60,126 nt of DNA from an uncultured Candidatus Marinamargulisbacteria bacterium (GTDB lineage Bacteria; Margulisbacteria; Riflemargulisbacteria; GWF2-35-9; CAYUBI01). The stretch lies in NCBI GenBank assembly GCA_964443005.1, contig CAYUBI010000002.1, positions 1 through 60,126 of the forward strand, written 5' to 3'. Of the stretch, positions 16,054 through 24,365 are shown piece after piece; position 1 is the stretch's first letter; each line of letters starts with the position of its first letter. The translations under genes were made by a program, and so were the position numbers. The notes under the pieces are model-generated. The model worked only from the letters and a program-made list of their open reading frames with translations, searched no databases and was not told where the DNA came from.

Positions 16054-19000
16054 ATGATTAATTATAAACGAATTAGCTTTAACGAAATTTACTTGTCAAA
16101 ATCTTTGAAAGATTTTAGAGAAGCTGTAGCTGCAATGGATAAAGGGGATGTTGTTGTTTCTCCTTTTCTGGAATCACGTAAAGGCAGGAACAAATCATTC
16201 TTTAAAGATAACGATTATTTATGTTCAGTTGCGGATAAAGTCATTTCTAGAGTCAGCTTTGCTGATATTGCGGGCTTTTCGGAAAAACAAAAAATTATTG
16301 AAATATTTGAGAATAATGAAAATGATAGCCTCTTGGATTTAACTTTTACGAATCCAAAAAATATATATTTACTTTCTAAAGATTTAAACACAAGCTTTGA
16401 TTACATTGATAAAGGATCCAAGGAACAATATTATCAATTAATTAGAGATGTGAAAGGTACTCTTTATAAGTGTCCTAGTATCTCTTTGGGTGAAAATAAA
16501 AAGGAACTTATGCTCCTTAGAGGTAAAACCGCTGTATATACTGATATCAACGAAAATATAAGTTTAATTTCTGACGAGATATATTTAGATAAACGCGGGG
16601 GAATTAATCTATACACGCCTTCGGATTATAGTTTAGGGTCTAATAACAAGAAGATAATCGTTAGAGTTAGTTTTACTCATATTGCAGGCTTTTCTGAAAA
16701 ACAAAAAATCATTGAAATTTTTGAGTATCATAAAGATGATATCATCTCAGATTTAACTCCAAAGAATCTAAAAGTTATATATTTACTTTCTAAAGATTTA
16801 AAAACAGGATTTGATTACATTGATAAAGCTTCCAAAGGCCAATACTACCACGTAATCAAAGATAAAAATGGTATTTTTTATAAGTGCCCTTCTTTGTTTG
16901 TTAATGACAATAAGGAAGAAATTATGTTGCTAAGAGGAAAATCAGCAGTACTTAATCAATCTAATGACAATGAATCTTTTATTTCTGGAATTATTAATTT
17001 AGGTAGCACTGGGTTAGTCGGTCTCTTTAGTGAGACAGATTATCTACTACGTTCAAAAAATAATAAAATAATTTGCCGAGTAAGTTTTGCTAATATTGTA
17101 GGTTTTTCTGAAAAACAAAAAGTTATTGAAATTTTCGATGTGAATGAAAAGATCAGTTATTCTGAGTTGGTTATACAAAATCCAAAAGTTATATATTTAC
17201 TTTCTAAAAATTTAGAAACAGGATTTGATTACATTGAGAAAGGATTCCGCGGACAAAACTATCAATTAATTAAAGATAAAATGGGTACTTTTTATAAGTG
17301 TCTTACTTTAGCAGGTGAAAACAAAAATGAAATAATGCTTTTAAGAGCGAAAACAGCTGCATATACTGATATTACGACAAATAGAAGTTGGATTTCTGGC
17401 GAAATATTTTTAGATAAACATGGGCGAGTTAATCTATACACGTCTTCGGATTATTTTATAGGGTCTAACAACAAAAAAATAGTAGTTAGAGTTAGTTTCA
17501 CGGATATTGTGGGCTTTTCTGAAAAACAAAAAATAATTGAAATTTTTGAATATCATAAAGATGATATCATCTCAGATTTAACTCCAAAGAATCTAAAAGT
17601 TATATATTTGCTTTCTAAAGATTTAGAAACAGGAGTTGATTATATTGATAAAGGACCTAAAGGGTCTAGAGGTCAAAACTATCATGTAATCAAAGATAAA
17701 AATGGTACTTTTTATAAGTGTCCTACTTTAGTTCTAGGTGGAAATAAAAATGAAATTATGTTGCTTAGAGGAAAATCAGCAGTCCTTAATCCTTCGAATG
17801 ACAGGGCCTCTTTTGTTTCTGACGTTATTAATTTAAATAAAACGACGAGTTTATTCAATCCAAATGATTTTCTATTAGTTTTAAGTACTAATCAAATAAT
17901 TTGCAGAGTAAGATTTGTCGATGTTACTGGCTTTTCTGAAAAGCAAAAAATTATTGAAATTTTTGAGTATGATAAACATAATAGTCACTCAGAGTTAACT
18001 CTAAAAAGTCCAAAAATTATTTATGTGCTTTCTAAAGATTCGAAAACAGGATTTGATTACATTAATAAAAAGATAAAAATCTACAAAACTAAAGATAATC
18101 AGTTAATGTCGATGAGTAGAGAAAATAAATATTCTAATAAAAATAAAGCTTTTGAAGAATTAAAAAAAAGAGAGCAATCTGGATATGGGAACAATCTTTT
18201 ATCTATGCAAACTGGACGACATGCTGATATCGAGCTTTTTGAGGCTTGTAGAAAATATAACATAGAATTACCTCGCATGTATGAAGATTCTTTTTTCGAG
18301 GCAGAATATTTAAACGAATCGCTTGTTGAATCAATATTCAGCCCGAATCCTGAAATAGTTTTTATTGAATCAACCGTGGATATAGTGACAACTAAGGTAA
18401 ATTTTATGATGCATGAGTTAGCGGAATTATTTAAAATTGAAACTGACTCTATTTCTATATCTAAATTGAAACACAAAATTTATGATTTACGTAATAGTAA
18501 TTTTGGGAAAGATCATTCGACGCTCAGACAATTTGTCCGTCTAGAAACACCTGATCTCATGGGCGATGATTATAATATTAGTAATAGTTGCTTTGAAAAT
18601 ATCGCTTTGCAAGATGACAAATTTCAAGAAGCAGCAGTTAATATTGCCTTGCATCAAAAATCAAAAGTGATCTTGATTCAAGGGGGTGCGGGTAGCGGGA
18701 AAACAACTGTATTATGTGAAATAGCTCACCAATTTGTAAATAAAGATAAACGTGTTTTGGTTGTTAGCCACAAGAATGAAGCCGTTGATAATCTGCTTAT
18801 CAGATTAAGAAATAGTGGGATTAGTATAAAAAGAGTTGGAATAGTAGAAAATATTCGCGAAGAATTACAGGAGGATATTTATAAAGAAGAAGAAGAGCCT
18901 ATTGAAGCTTATGTTTTGGGTGTTACGGTTGATACTTTAAGCATGTCAAAATCGCTCAAAAACAGGAAATTTGACATTGTCATCATGGATGAAGCAGGAA

Positions 19001-20430
19001 CCATTAATGAAGTAGATACTTTAATCGCTGCTAGCAGAGCCAGAGAGAAAATTATTATAGCTGGAGACCATTTTCAGTTAAAGCCTTTTAGGGATCATCA
19101 ATTCATAAAAGATAGAGCTGAAGAGTTTGTAACTAGCATTACAACAAGCGGAATGGAAACCTTATGGGATACAGGCTATCCTCAAGTATTTTTAGCTAAA
19201 AATTATCGGTGTCATCCTTTAATCAGTATACTTCTGAGCAGGACAATTTATGGTAACAAAATGGTGCCGAAACCGTGGCTATTATTAGAGGAGGATACAA
19301 TAAGAGTTAGAGATATTAAAAAAGACGGCAATAAAGACAATGAAGAAAAAACTACAGAATCTAGACCCTTGTATTTAGAGCTGAACACAAAAAACAAAGA
19401 AAATACAGTTAATAAAAACAGTTATTTTAATAAAAAAGAAGCTGAAGCAGTCATAAAGGAATTTGAAAAAGCTATAGCTTCAGGATATCCCATTGAAGAA
19501 ATCACTATTCTTTCACAATATAATGCCCAAGTAGATGTAATCAGACATTTATTATACGATTATTTAATGAAAAATTATTATAAGGAACAGGAAATTAAGG
19601 ACTCAACATCTATGGCTAATGGTAATGTCGGAATTCGAAGAACGTACATTACAGATGCTGATATAATGCTTGATAAAGGCCTTACTTTAAGTAAGGAGGA
19701 CATTGCATCCTTAGTTAGGAATCAGGTGAAAACAGTTCAGAAATATCAAGGACGAGATAACTCAGTAGTAATTCTGAGTTTTGTAAGAAGTAACAAAGCA
19801 CCTAGTGAAATTGGCGATATTGGCGATATAAATAATGGCATTCTTAATGTTGCACTTAGTAGAAGTATGGACAGATTAATCCTCGTGGCTGATGTTGAGT
19901 TGCTATCCAATCCAAAAGCAAATGCAGAAGGATTTAGAATCCTTTATAAGGAATTAGAAAATATTAAAAAAATAGCTAACAATTTATTTGCAGAACAACA
20001 AAAATATCGAGAATTTAGTCTTAGAGAATTGATTCAATATAAGAATGGCAAATTAGATCGAGAATTATCTGAGACTAAGGTCATCTCAATTGGAGATCCA
20101 AAATATAAGCTTACCCTAGACAATGAAAAATTAGTTGTGATAGAAAAATACTTTTTAAAGCAACTTAAACGAAACAATCACAGTAACACCAACGAATTTA
20201 TGACAGCAAATGAAAGAGAAACCATTGAAAGACTTCATGCTTCAGTAATGTATGGACAAGAAACTCTTAGCATTAACAGCGGAGAAGTTGGAGATTTAGC
20301 AGATAATTTCCCTGATATAGTAGAAGCGAAATATGTACGTAATCGAGCTAATTCCACTAAAACTAATGTTGTTTATATTATTAAATGGATTAAAAATAGC
20401 AAAGGGAATTATTCTACTATTAAGGCTTAG
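16054..20430 (+). CDS. Fusion protein: five tandem ~138-aa modules of unknown family, a linker, an Upf1/DNA2-like SF1B helicase (AAA_11/AAA_12 type) and a ~190-aa C-terminal tail
   Basis: 1458-aa ORF. Helicase motifs: I VILIQGGAGSGKTT (nt ~18682-18705), II IVIMDEAG, III IIIAGDHFQLKP, IV LAKNYRCHP, V VQKYQGRDNSVVILSF, VI LNVALSRSMDRLILV. The N-terminal repeats are described separately. Confidence 0.85.
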   Translation: MINYKRISFNEIYLSKSLKDFREAVAAMDKGDVVVSPFLESRKGRNKSFFKDNDYLCSVADKVISRVSFADIAGFSEKQKIIEIFENNENDSLLDLTFTNPKNIYLLSKDLNTSFDYIDKGSKEQYYQLIRDVKGTLYKCPSISLGENKKELMLLRGKTAVYTDINENISLISDEIYLDKRGGINLYTPSDYSLGSNNKKIIVRVSFTHIAGFSEKQKIIEIFEYHKDDIISDLTPKNLKVIYLLSKDLKTGFDYIDKASKGQYYHVIKDKNGIFYKCPSLFVNDNKEEIMLLRGKSAVLNQSNDNESFISGIINLGSTGLVGLFSETDYLLRSKNNKIICRVSFANIVGFSEKQKVIEIFDVNEKISYSELVIQNPKVIYLLSKNLETGFDYIEKGFRGQNYQLIKDKMGTFYKCLTLAGENKNEIMLLRAKTAAYTDITTNRSWISGEIFLDKHGRVNLYTSSDYFIGSNNKKIVVRVSFTDIVGFSEKQKIIEIFEYHKDDIISDLTPKNLKVIYLLSKDLETGVDYIDKGPKGSRGQNYHVIKDKNGTFYKCPTLVLGGNKNEIMLLRGKSAVLNPSNDRASFVSDVINLNKTTSLFNPNDFLLVLSTNQIICRVRFVDVTGFSEKQKIIEIFEYDKHNSHSELTLKSPKIIYVLSKDSKTGFDYINKKIKIYKTKDNQLMSMSRENKYSNKNKAFEELKKREQSGYGNNLLSMQTGRHADIELFEACRKYNIELPRMYEDSFFEAEYLNESLVESIFSPNPEIVFIESTVDIVTTKVNFMMHELAELFKIETDSISISKLKHKIYDLRNSNFGKDHSTLRQFVRLETPDLMGDDYNISNSCFENIALQDDKFQEAAVNIALHQKSKVILIQGGAGSGKTTVLCEIAHQFVNKDKRVLVVSHKNEAVDNLLIRLRNSGISIKRVGIVENIREELQEDIYKEEEEPIEAYVLGVTVDTLSMSKSLKNRKFDIVIMDEAGTINEVDTLIAASRAREKIIIAGDHFQLKPFRDHQFIKDRAEEFVTSITTSGMETLWDTGYPQVFLAKNYRCHPLISILLSRTIYGNKMVPKPWLLLEEDTIRVRDIKKDGNKDNEEKTTESRPLYLELNTKNKENTVNKNSYFNKKEAEAVIKEFEKAIASGYPIEEITILSQYNAQVDVIRHLLYDYLMKNYYKEQEIKDSTSMANGNVGIRRTYITDADIMLDKGLTLSKEDIASLVRNQVKTVQKYQGRDNSVVILSFVRSNKAPSEIGDIGDINNGILNVALSRSMDRLILVADVELLSNPKANAEGFRILYKELENIKKIANNLFAEQQKYREFSLRELIQYKNGKLDRELSETKVISIGDPKYKLTLDNEKLVVIEKYFLKQLKRNNHSNTNEFMTANERETIERLHASVMYGQETLSINSGEVGDLADNFPDIVEAKYVRNRANSTKTNVVYIIKWIKNSKGNYSTIKA
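16240..18100 (+). repeat. In-frame tandem coding repeat, five copies with a 411-417-nt period (starts 16240, 16654, 17068, 17479, 17896; the last is truncated)
   Basis: Each unit begins (I/V)xxRVxFxx(I/V)xGFSEKQK(I/V)IEIF and contains YLLSKDLxTGFDYIDKG, YKCP and EIMLLRGK. Units 2 and 4 share near-identical DNA (for example 16711-16800 vs 17536-17625, offset 825). Units 1 and 3 share a different tail (I(S/Y)LDK.G.(I/V)NLYT.SDY). This gives an A-B-A-B-(partial) super-repeat. Confidence 0.9.
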
Positions 20431-20482
20431 ATAAATGGCGGATAAATATTAAAATATTCTATAATAAATAGGAGGGTTTAAG

Positions 20483-20923
20483 ATGGATAAATCATTAGCA
20501 ATTTTTGAAGACTATAAAATTAGACGACATTTTGATGAGAAAAAGGAAATTTGGTATTTTTCGGTGGTGGATATAGTTGCAGCACTTACTGGGAGCGTAA
20601 ATCCTCGTGATTATTGGTTCAAGATGAAGATAAGAGGAGAAAGTGAAGATGGTCTTGAACTGTCGACAATTTGTCGACGGTTGAAAATGAAGGCTACTGA
20701 ATGACTGAAGCCGAGTTAATTTTTACTGCTTTAGCGGAATTAACAACTCACAGTATCGCTGAAAACATCGAGGCTAAAGGTATGAGCGAAAACAAAAAAA
20801 GCTGAACAAATTGGCGGTAAAGTAGCCAAAACTGCACGTGTTGACTTTGAGTCGAAAACAGGCAGAAAAGTAATATCAGGAGAGAATTATTTGCAACCAA
20901 GAATTATTAAATTGAGGGGTTAA
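20483..20923 (+). pseudogene. Decayed Bro-N/DinD-like (DNA-damage-inducible protein D / antirepressor family) gene
   Basis: The N-terminal 73 aa (LAIFEDYKIRRHFDEKKEIWYFSVVDIVAALTGSVNPRDYWFKMK) match the Bro-N family. A frame change occurs at 20701 and the middle of the protein appears to be missing. The C-terminal part continues in another frame (TEAELIFTALAELTTHSIAENIEAKG). A second frameshift lies at an A-run (~20795-20805), followed by AEQIGGKVAKTARVDFESKTGRKVISGENYL and a stop at 20921-20923. Confidence 0.6.
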
Positions 20924-20994
20924 GATGGATATAAAAAAACAAAAACAAGCCCGTATCAGGAACTTTTGTTGCATTCAGCTCAGCGTAACTAAGG

Positions 20995-21014
20995 CTAGTA
21001 TGTTACAATACTAG
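20995..21014. promoter_or_regulatory. Palindromic candidate operator overlapping a -10-like box upstream of hicB-hicA
   Basis: CTAGTAT-GTTACA-ATACTAG is a 7-bp perfect inverted repeat with a 6-nt spacer. TACAAT at 21004-21009 lies inside it. It sits ~26 nt upstream of the hicB ATG, and an AAAGGAG Shine-Dalgarno sequence follows. Confidence 0.35.
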
Positions 21015-21039
21015 GATAGTTAATAAAGGAGCATTTATA

Positions 21040-21276
21040 ATGAGTGAAATGATGTTTAATTTACATATCGAAAAATTACCTGAGGGATTATATTTGGCAA
21101 CTAGTGAAGATATTCCAGGACTTGTTGCTCAGGGGCGTACCATAACTGAGACAGAGGAAATTGCTAGAGATGTTGCTAAAAGGTTAATAGAATCTTATCA
21201 TGAACATGGGGATCGGATAACCTTACATAAGCCACAGAGAGTGATGAATCTTCAATTATCCGTTGGGGTTGCTTAG
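21040..21276 (+). CDS. hicB: HicB-like antitoxin (UPF0150 / RNase H-like fold, no appended DNA-binding domain)
   Basis: LHIEKLPEGLYLATSEDIPGLVAQGRTITETEEIARDVAKRLIE matches the HicB N-domain consensus (xGGYxAxxPDLPGCxSQGxTxEEA). It ends 2 nt before hicA. Confidence 0.7.
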   Translation: MSEMMFNLHIEKLPEGLYLATSEDIPGLVAQGRTITETEEIARDVAKRLIESYHEHGDRITLHKPQRVMNLQLSVGVA

Positions 21277-21278
21277 CG

Positions 21279-21500
21279 ATGACCTTGCTGTCCGGGTTTT
21301 CGTATAAAAAGGTAGTTAAAAAAATACGACAATTTGGATTTGTATTTGATAGGCAAGCTGCTGGTAGTCATGAAATATGGTGGAATCCAGTTTCTCGTCA
21401 GCGAACAACTATTCCTAATCATCCTGGAGATATTCCTGCAGGGACTTTAAAGGCAATTTTGAAGCAAGCTGATATTGATGTTAAGGATTTTTTGAAATAG
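21279..21500 (+). CDS. hicA: HicA-family mRNA interferase toxin
   Basis: 73 aa. KKVVKKIRQFGFVFDRQAAGSHEIWWNP...TTIPNHPGDIPAGTLKAILKQADI carries the YcfA/HicA signature (GSH...P.H.g.i..gtl..Il+qa). Confidence 0.8.
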   Translation: MTLLSGFSYKKVVKKIRQFGFVFDRQAAGSHEIWWNPVSRQRTTIPNHPGDIPAGTLKAILKQADIDVKDFLK

Positions 21501-21549
21501 TAAAGTCGGCCGGACATTGCCTCCTAATAAATTTGTCTTTTTTATGCTT

Positions 21550-21576
21550 TTGCAACCTTGTCGAGGGTGTTATAAT
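21550..21576 (+). promoter_or_regulatory. Sigma70-like promoter for the glutamate synthase operon
   Basis: TTGCAA (21550-21555), a 15-nt spacer, then an extended -10 TGTTATAAT (TATAAT at 21571-21576). It lies ~45 nt upstream of the ATG at 21621. Confidence 0.4.
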
Positions 21577-21620
21577 AATTCGCTGTTTAAAATGGCCAAT
21601 TGTTGAAAAAAGGATTGATT

Positions 21621-22727
21621 ATGTGTCGCATTGGGGCTATCAAAAGTAAAAATCCGATTCCTGCATCTCAGGCACTGTATTTAATGCGGTCGCAGCAAAA
21701 AGGCCATGATAATTCTGGATTTGCTATGGTAATGCAAGATTTGGATGGCATATTTAAGCCCTATAAAAAATTTCCGTTGTTGTCTGCTGCAGTTACAGAT
21801 AAAGGCTTGGAAATCTTAAACTTATATTTGACAACTCATGGATGGTCAACAATTTTTTCATGGATGCCACAGCTTAGCACTCGACCTGATTTGGATATTC
21901 AAGCTATGCCTCATTATGTTTTTCGGAATGTTGATTATCCAGATAATGTAAAAAACGCAGCATGGGAACAGAAAAGTAATTTGTTAATGCAAACGCAGCT
22001 TGCTTTACGGTGTTTGCTTGAGTCAACAGGGGAAGGATATATTTATTCGTTTTGGCCAGATATTTTAACGCTCAAGGAAATTGGAAACCCCAAGGATATT
22101 GGGATATATTTTGGTTTATGGGATCAGTCCGATAAAATTTTAGCACGCATGATTATGGTTCAGGTACGACAAAATACGAATTATGAAATTGTAAGGTATG
22201 CAGCACATCCTTTTTTTCTGCAGGGGTATACTGTATGTGTTAATGGAGAAAATACTTTTTATACTAAAAATAAGGAAATGCAGAAAAATTTGCATGTGGG
22301 CTATCTTGGTTTTGAATCGGATTCACAATGTTTGTTATATACCTTGCATTATGTTCTTCAGGAGCTTAAATGGCCCTTGAAATATTATAAACATGTGTTG
22401 ACTCCACTTCCCTTTAGCGAAATTCAGCAACGTACGGATCATGCGGTTTTGTTATCAATTCGGCAATCATTAGCACATTTGGAAATTAATGGTCCAAATA
22501 CAATGATTGGATTTTTGCCAGATGGAACCATGATTACAGTATGTGATTCAAAGAAATTGCGGCCTGTTGTTATTGGACATACTGCTGATACAGTTGTTGT
22601 TACGTCCGAAGTTACTGGGATTAATGATATTTTAGGGAAACGTAATCCCGAAACTGATATTTATCCGAATGAACGCGAGACTTTAGTTATCAATGCTGAT
22701 TTGGAGATACATCGATGGAAACAGTAA
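21621..22727 (+). CDS. Glutamate synthase class-II (Ntn) glutamine amidotransferase domain protein (archaeal-type split GltS, domain 1)
   Basis: I placed the start at the ATG giving MCRIGAI, which exposes Cys as the Ntn nucleophile after Met removal, with AAGGA 7 nt upstream. The ORF track's TTG at 21600 adds 7 residues that would bury the Cys. The gene sits directly upstream of the FMN and GXGXG domain genes. Confidence 0.75.
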   Translation: MCRIGAIKSKNPIPASQALYLMRSQQKGHDNSGFAMVMQDLDGIFKPYKKFPLLSAAVTDKGLEILNLYLTTHGWSTIFSWMPQLSTRPDLDIQAMPHYVFRNVDYPDNVKNAAWEQKSNLLMQTQLALRCLLESTGEGYIYSFWPDILTLKEIGNPKDIGIYFGLWDQSDKILARMIMVQVRQNTNYEIVRYAAHPFFLQGYTVCVNGENTFYTKNKEMQKNLHVGYLGFESDSQCLLYTLHYVLQELKWPLKYYKHVLTPLPFSEIQQRTDHAVLLSIRQSLAHLEINGPNTMIGFLPDGTMITVCDSKKLRPVVIGHTADTVVVTSEVTGINDILGKRNPETDIYPNERETLVINADLEIHRWKQ

Positions 22728-24355
22728 AAAGTTTGGATATTGGTCATAATGACCTTAATTGGAAAATTGGCTATGATTCTGTGCGATGTACGCAGTGTGG
22801 GAGTTGTGTTGCGTCGTGTACGTTTGCAGCAATTAAGGCAAGTGTTGAAAAACGATCCAAAACAATTTCCGAGTCTTCTTTTCCTGAGCCTATTAAAACG
22901 CATCGTGCCGAGTTTGTTATTCGTGAAACTGGAACTGTGGGTAATGCTTGCGTTGGTTGTGGGATGTGTGAAAAAGTGTGTCCTAATAGGGCTATTTGGC
23001 CGTATCGCAATGACGATACTCGGTTTAATTTTGTTGGCAGAGACGGGGGTAGTCCGCTTAAACGTGGAGGGCGTGCTAATTTAAATTCTGCAGATCGTAC
23101 ACTGGATAAAATTGTGGTAGGGCGAATTTCGCAAATGACAGATCCTTCCTTAGATTCAGAGCGACATACATTTGATTTACTAACGCCGTTTGGGCGTGTT
23201 TTAGGTTCCAAACAGTTGCCCTTGAAAACAGATGCTCAAGGGGATTTAGTACTTACCAAAGCTGTGCCACCCTTTCATATGATTTATCCTATTATTTTTG
23301 GTGACATGTCAATTGGGGCTTTGTCTACCCGTGCATGGGAGGCTATTGCAATTGCAACAGCGTATTTGAATGAAAAGCATCAGATGCCAATTCGAATGTG
23401 TTCAGGCGAGGGTGGGATGCCGCTTAAATTATTAACGTCGAAATATTTAAAATATTCGATTTTACAAATTGCTTCTGGGCATTTTGGGTGGAATCGCATT
23501 ATTAAAGCTATGCCTAACATGATTGAAGACCCTGCAGGGGTTTTAATTAAAATTGGACAAGGTGCAAAGCCTGGAGATGGAGGATTATTGCTGGCAGCTA
23601 AAGTAGCTGAGCATATTCAAGCCATTCGTGGAGTACCAAAGTCGGATTTATTGTCTCCGCCCAATCATCAGGGCCTGTATTCGATTGAAGAGTCAGTTCA
23701 GAAAATGTTTTTGTCTTTTAATGCAGCTTTTAAATTTAGGGTTCCTGTTGCTATTAAAACATCTGCAACTGCAACGTCTGTTTCAATTTACAATAATTTG
23801 CTGAGGGATCCATATAATATTGTGGGTGGTTACTTTTTGGATGGAATTCAGGGTGGGACTGGCGCTGCAAATGAGGTTTCTTTAGATCATACTGGGCATC
23901 CGATTGTTTCAAAATTGCGAGATTGTTATCAAGCAGCTGTTGCGCAAGGTAGGCAAGGAAATATTCCGTTATGGGCTGGAGGGGGAATTGGTTTAACTGG
24001 AAATGTGGCAGCTGATGCTTTTAAAATGATTTGTTTAGGTGCAAATGGTGTGTTTATTGGAAAGGCTGTTATTCAGGTCATGGGGTGTATCGGCAATGAA
24101 CGTGGGCGCTGTAATCAGTGTAATACTGGGAAGTGCCCTGCTGGATTAACGACCCAAGATCCTCGGCTTGTTCAGCGTCTTGATATTGATAAGGCTGCGC
24201 AAGCACTGGTTGATTATATGTTAGCTACAGATCAAGAATTAAAGAAATTAATGGCACCTATTGGGAACAGTACGTTGCCTGTTGGTCGAGCAGATGCATT
24301 AATTGCTTTGGATAAAAATATCGCAGATAAGTTGACTATTCAGTTTGGATGTTAA
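22715..24355 (+). CDS. Glutamate synthase FMN-binding domain protein with an N-terminal 2x[4Fe-4S] ferredoxin domain
   Basis: CTQCGSCVASC and CVGCGMCEKVCP are ferredoxin cluster motifs. CSGEGGMP and KIGQGAKPGDGGLL are GltS FMN-domain signatures. The cysteine cluster is GCIGNERGRCNQCNTGKCPAG. Confidence 0.85.
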   Translation: METVKSLDIGHNDLNWKIGYDSVRCTQCGSCVASCTFAAIKASVEKRSKTISESSFPEPIKTHRAEFVIRETGTVGNACVGCGMCEKVCPNRAIWPYRNDDTRFNFVGRDGGSPLKRGGRANLNSADRTLDKIVVGRISQMTDPSLDSERHTFDLLTPFGRVLGSKQLPLKTDAQGDLVLTKAVPPFHMIYPIIFGDMSIGALSTRAWEAIAIATAYLNEKHQMPIRMCSGEGGMPLKLLTSKYLKYSILQIASGHFGWNRIIKAMPNMIEDPAGVLIKIGQGAKPGDGGLLLAAKVAEHIQAIRGVPKSDLLSPPNHQGLYSIEESVQKMFLSFNAAFKFRVPVAIKTSATATSVSIYNNLLRDPYNIVGGYFLDGIQGGTGAANEVSLDHTGHPIVSKLRDCYQAAVAQGRQGNIPLWAGGGIGLTGNVAADAFKMICLGANGVFIGKAVIQVMGCIGNERGRCNQCNTGKCPAGLTTQDPRLVQRLDIDKAAQALVDYMLATDQELKKLMAPIGNSTLPVGRADALIALDKNIADKLTIQFGC

Positions 24356-24365
24356 AGGAAAAGCT

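Noticed and set aside
16240-18100. Regularly spaced repeats that could superficially suggest a CRISPR-like or satellite array.
   Set aside because: The period is ~414 nt. The units are in frame within one long ORF and conserved at the protein level, so this is a coding tandem-domain repeat.
18099-18476. A 125-aa minus-strand ORF inside the helicase gene.
   Set aside because: It is antisense to a long, motif-bearing ORF in very A+T-rich DNA, where stop-free antisense frames arise by chance. It has no recognisable features.
21501-21545. A candidate terminator after hicA (GTCGGCCGGAC followed by TTGTCTTTTTTA).
   Set aside because: The stem is only a CGGCCG palindrome with no real loop, and the T-run is 20 nt away. 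This is not a convincing intrinsic terminator.
22661-23211. ORFs overlapping the glutamate synthase genes (22661-22903 minus, 22740-23084 plus, 22771-23211 minus).
   Set aside because: They are alternative frames or antisense to a gene with clear ferredoxin/FMN motifs. They are R/S/L-rich with no family resemblance.
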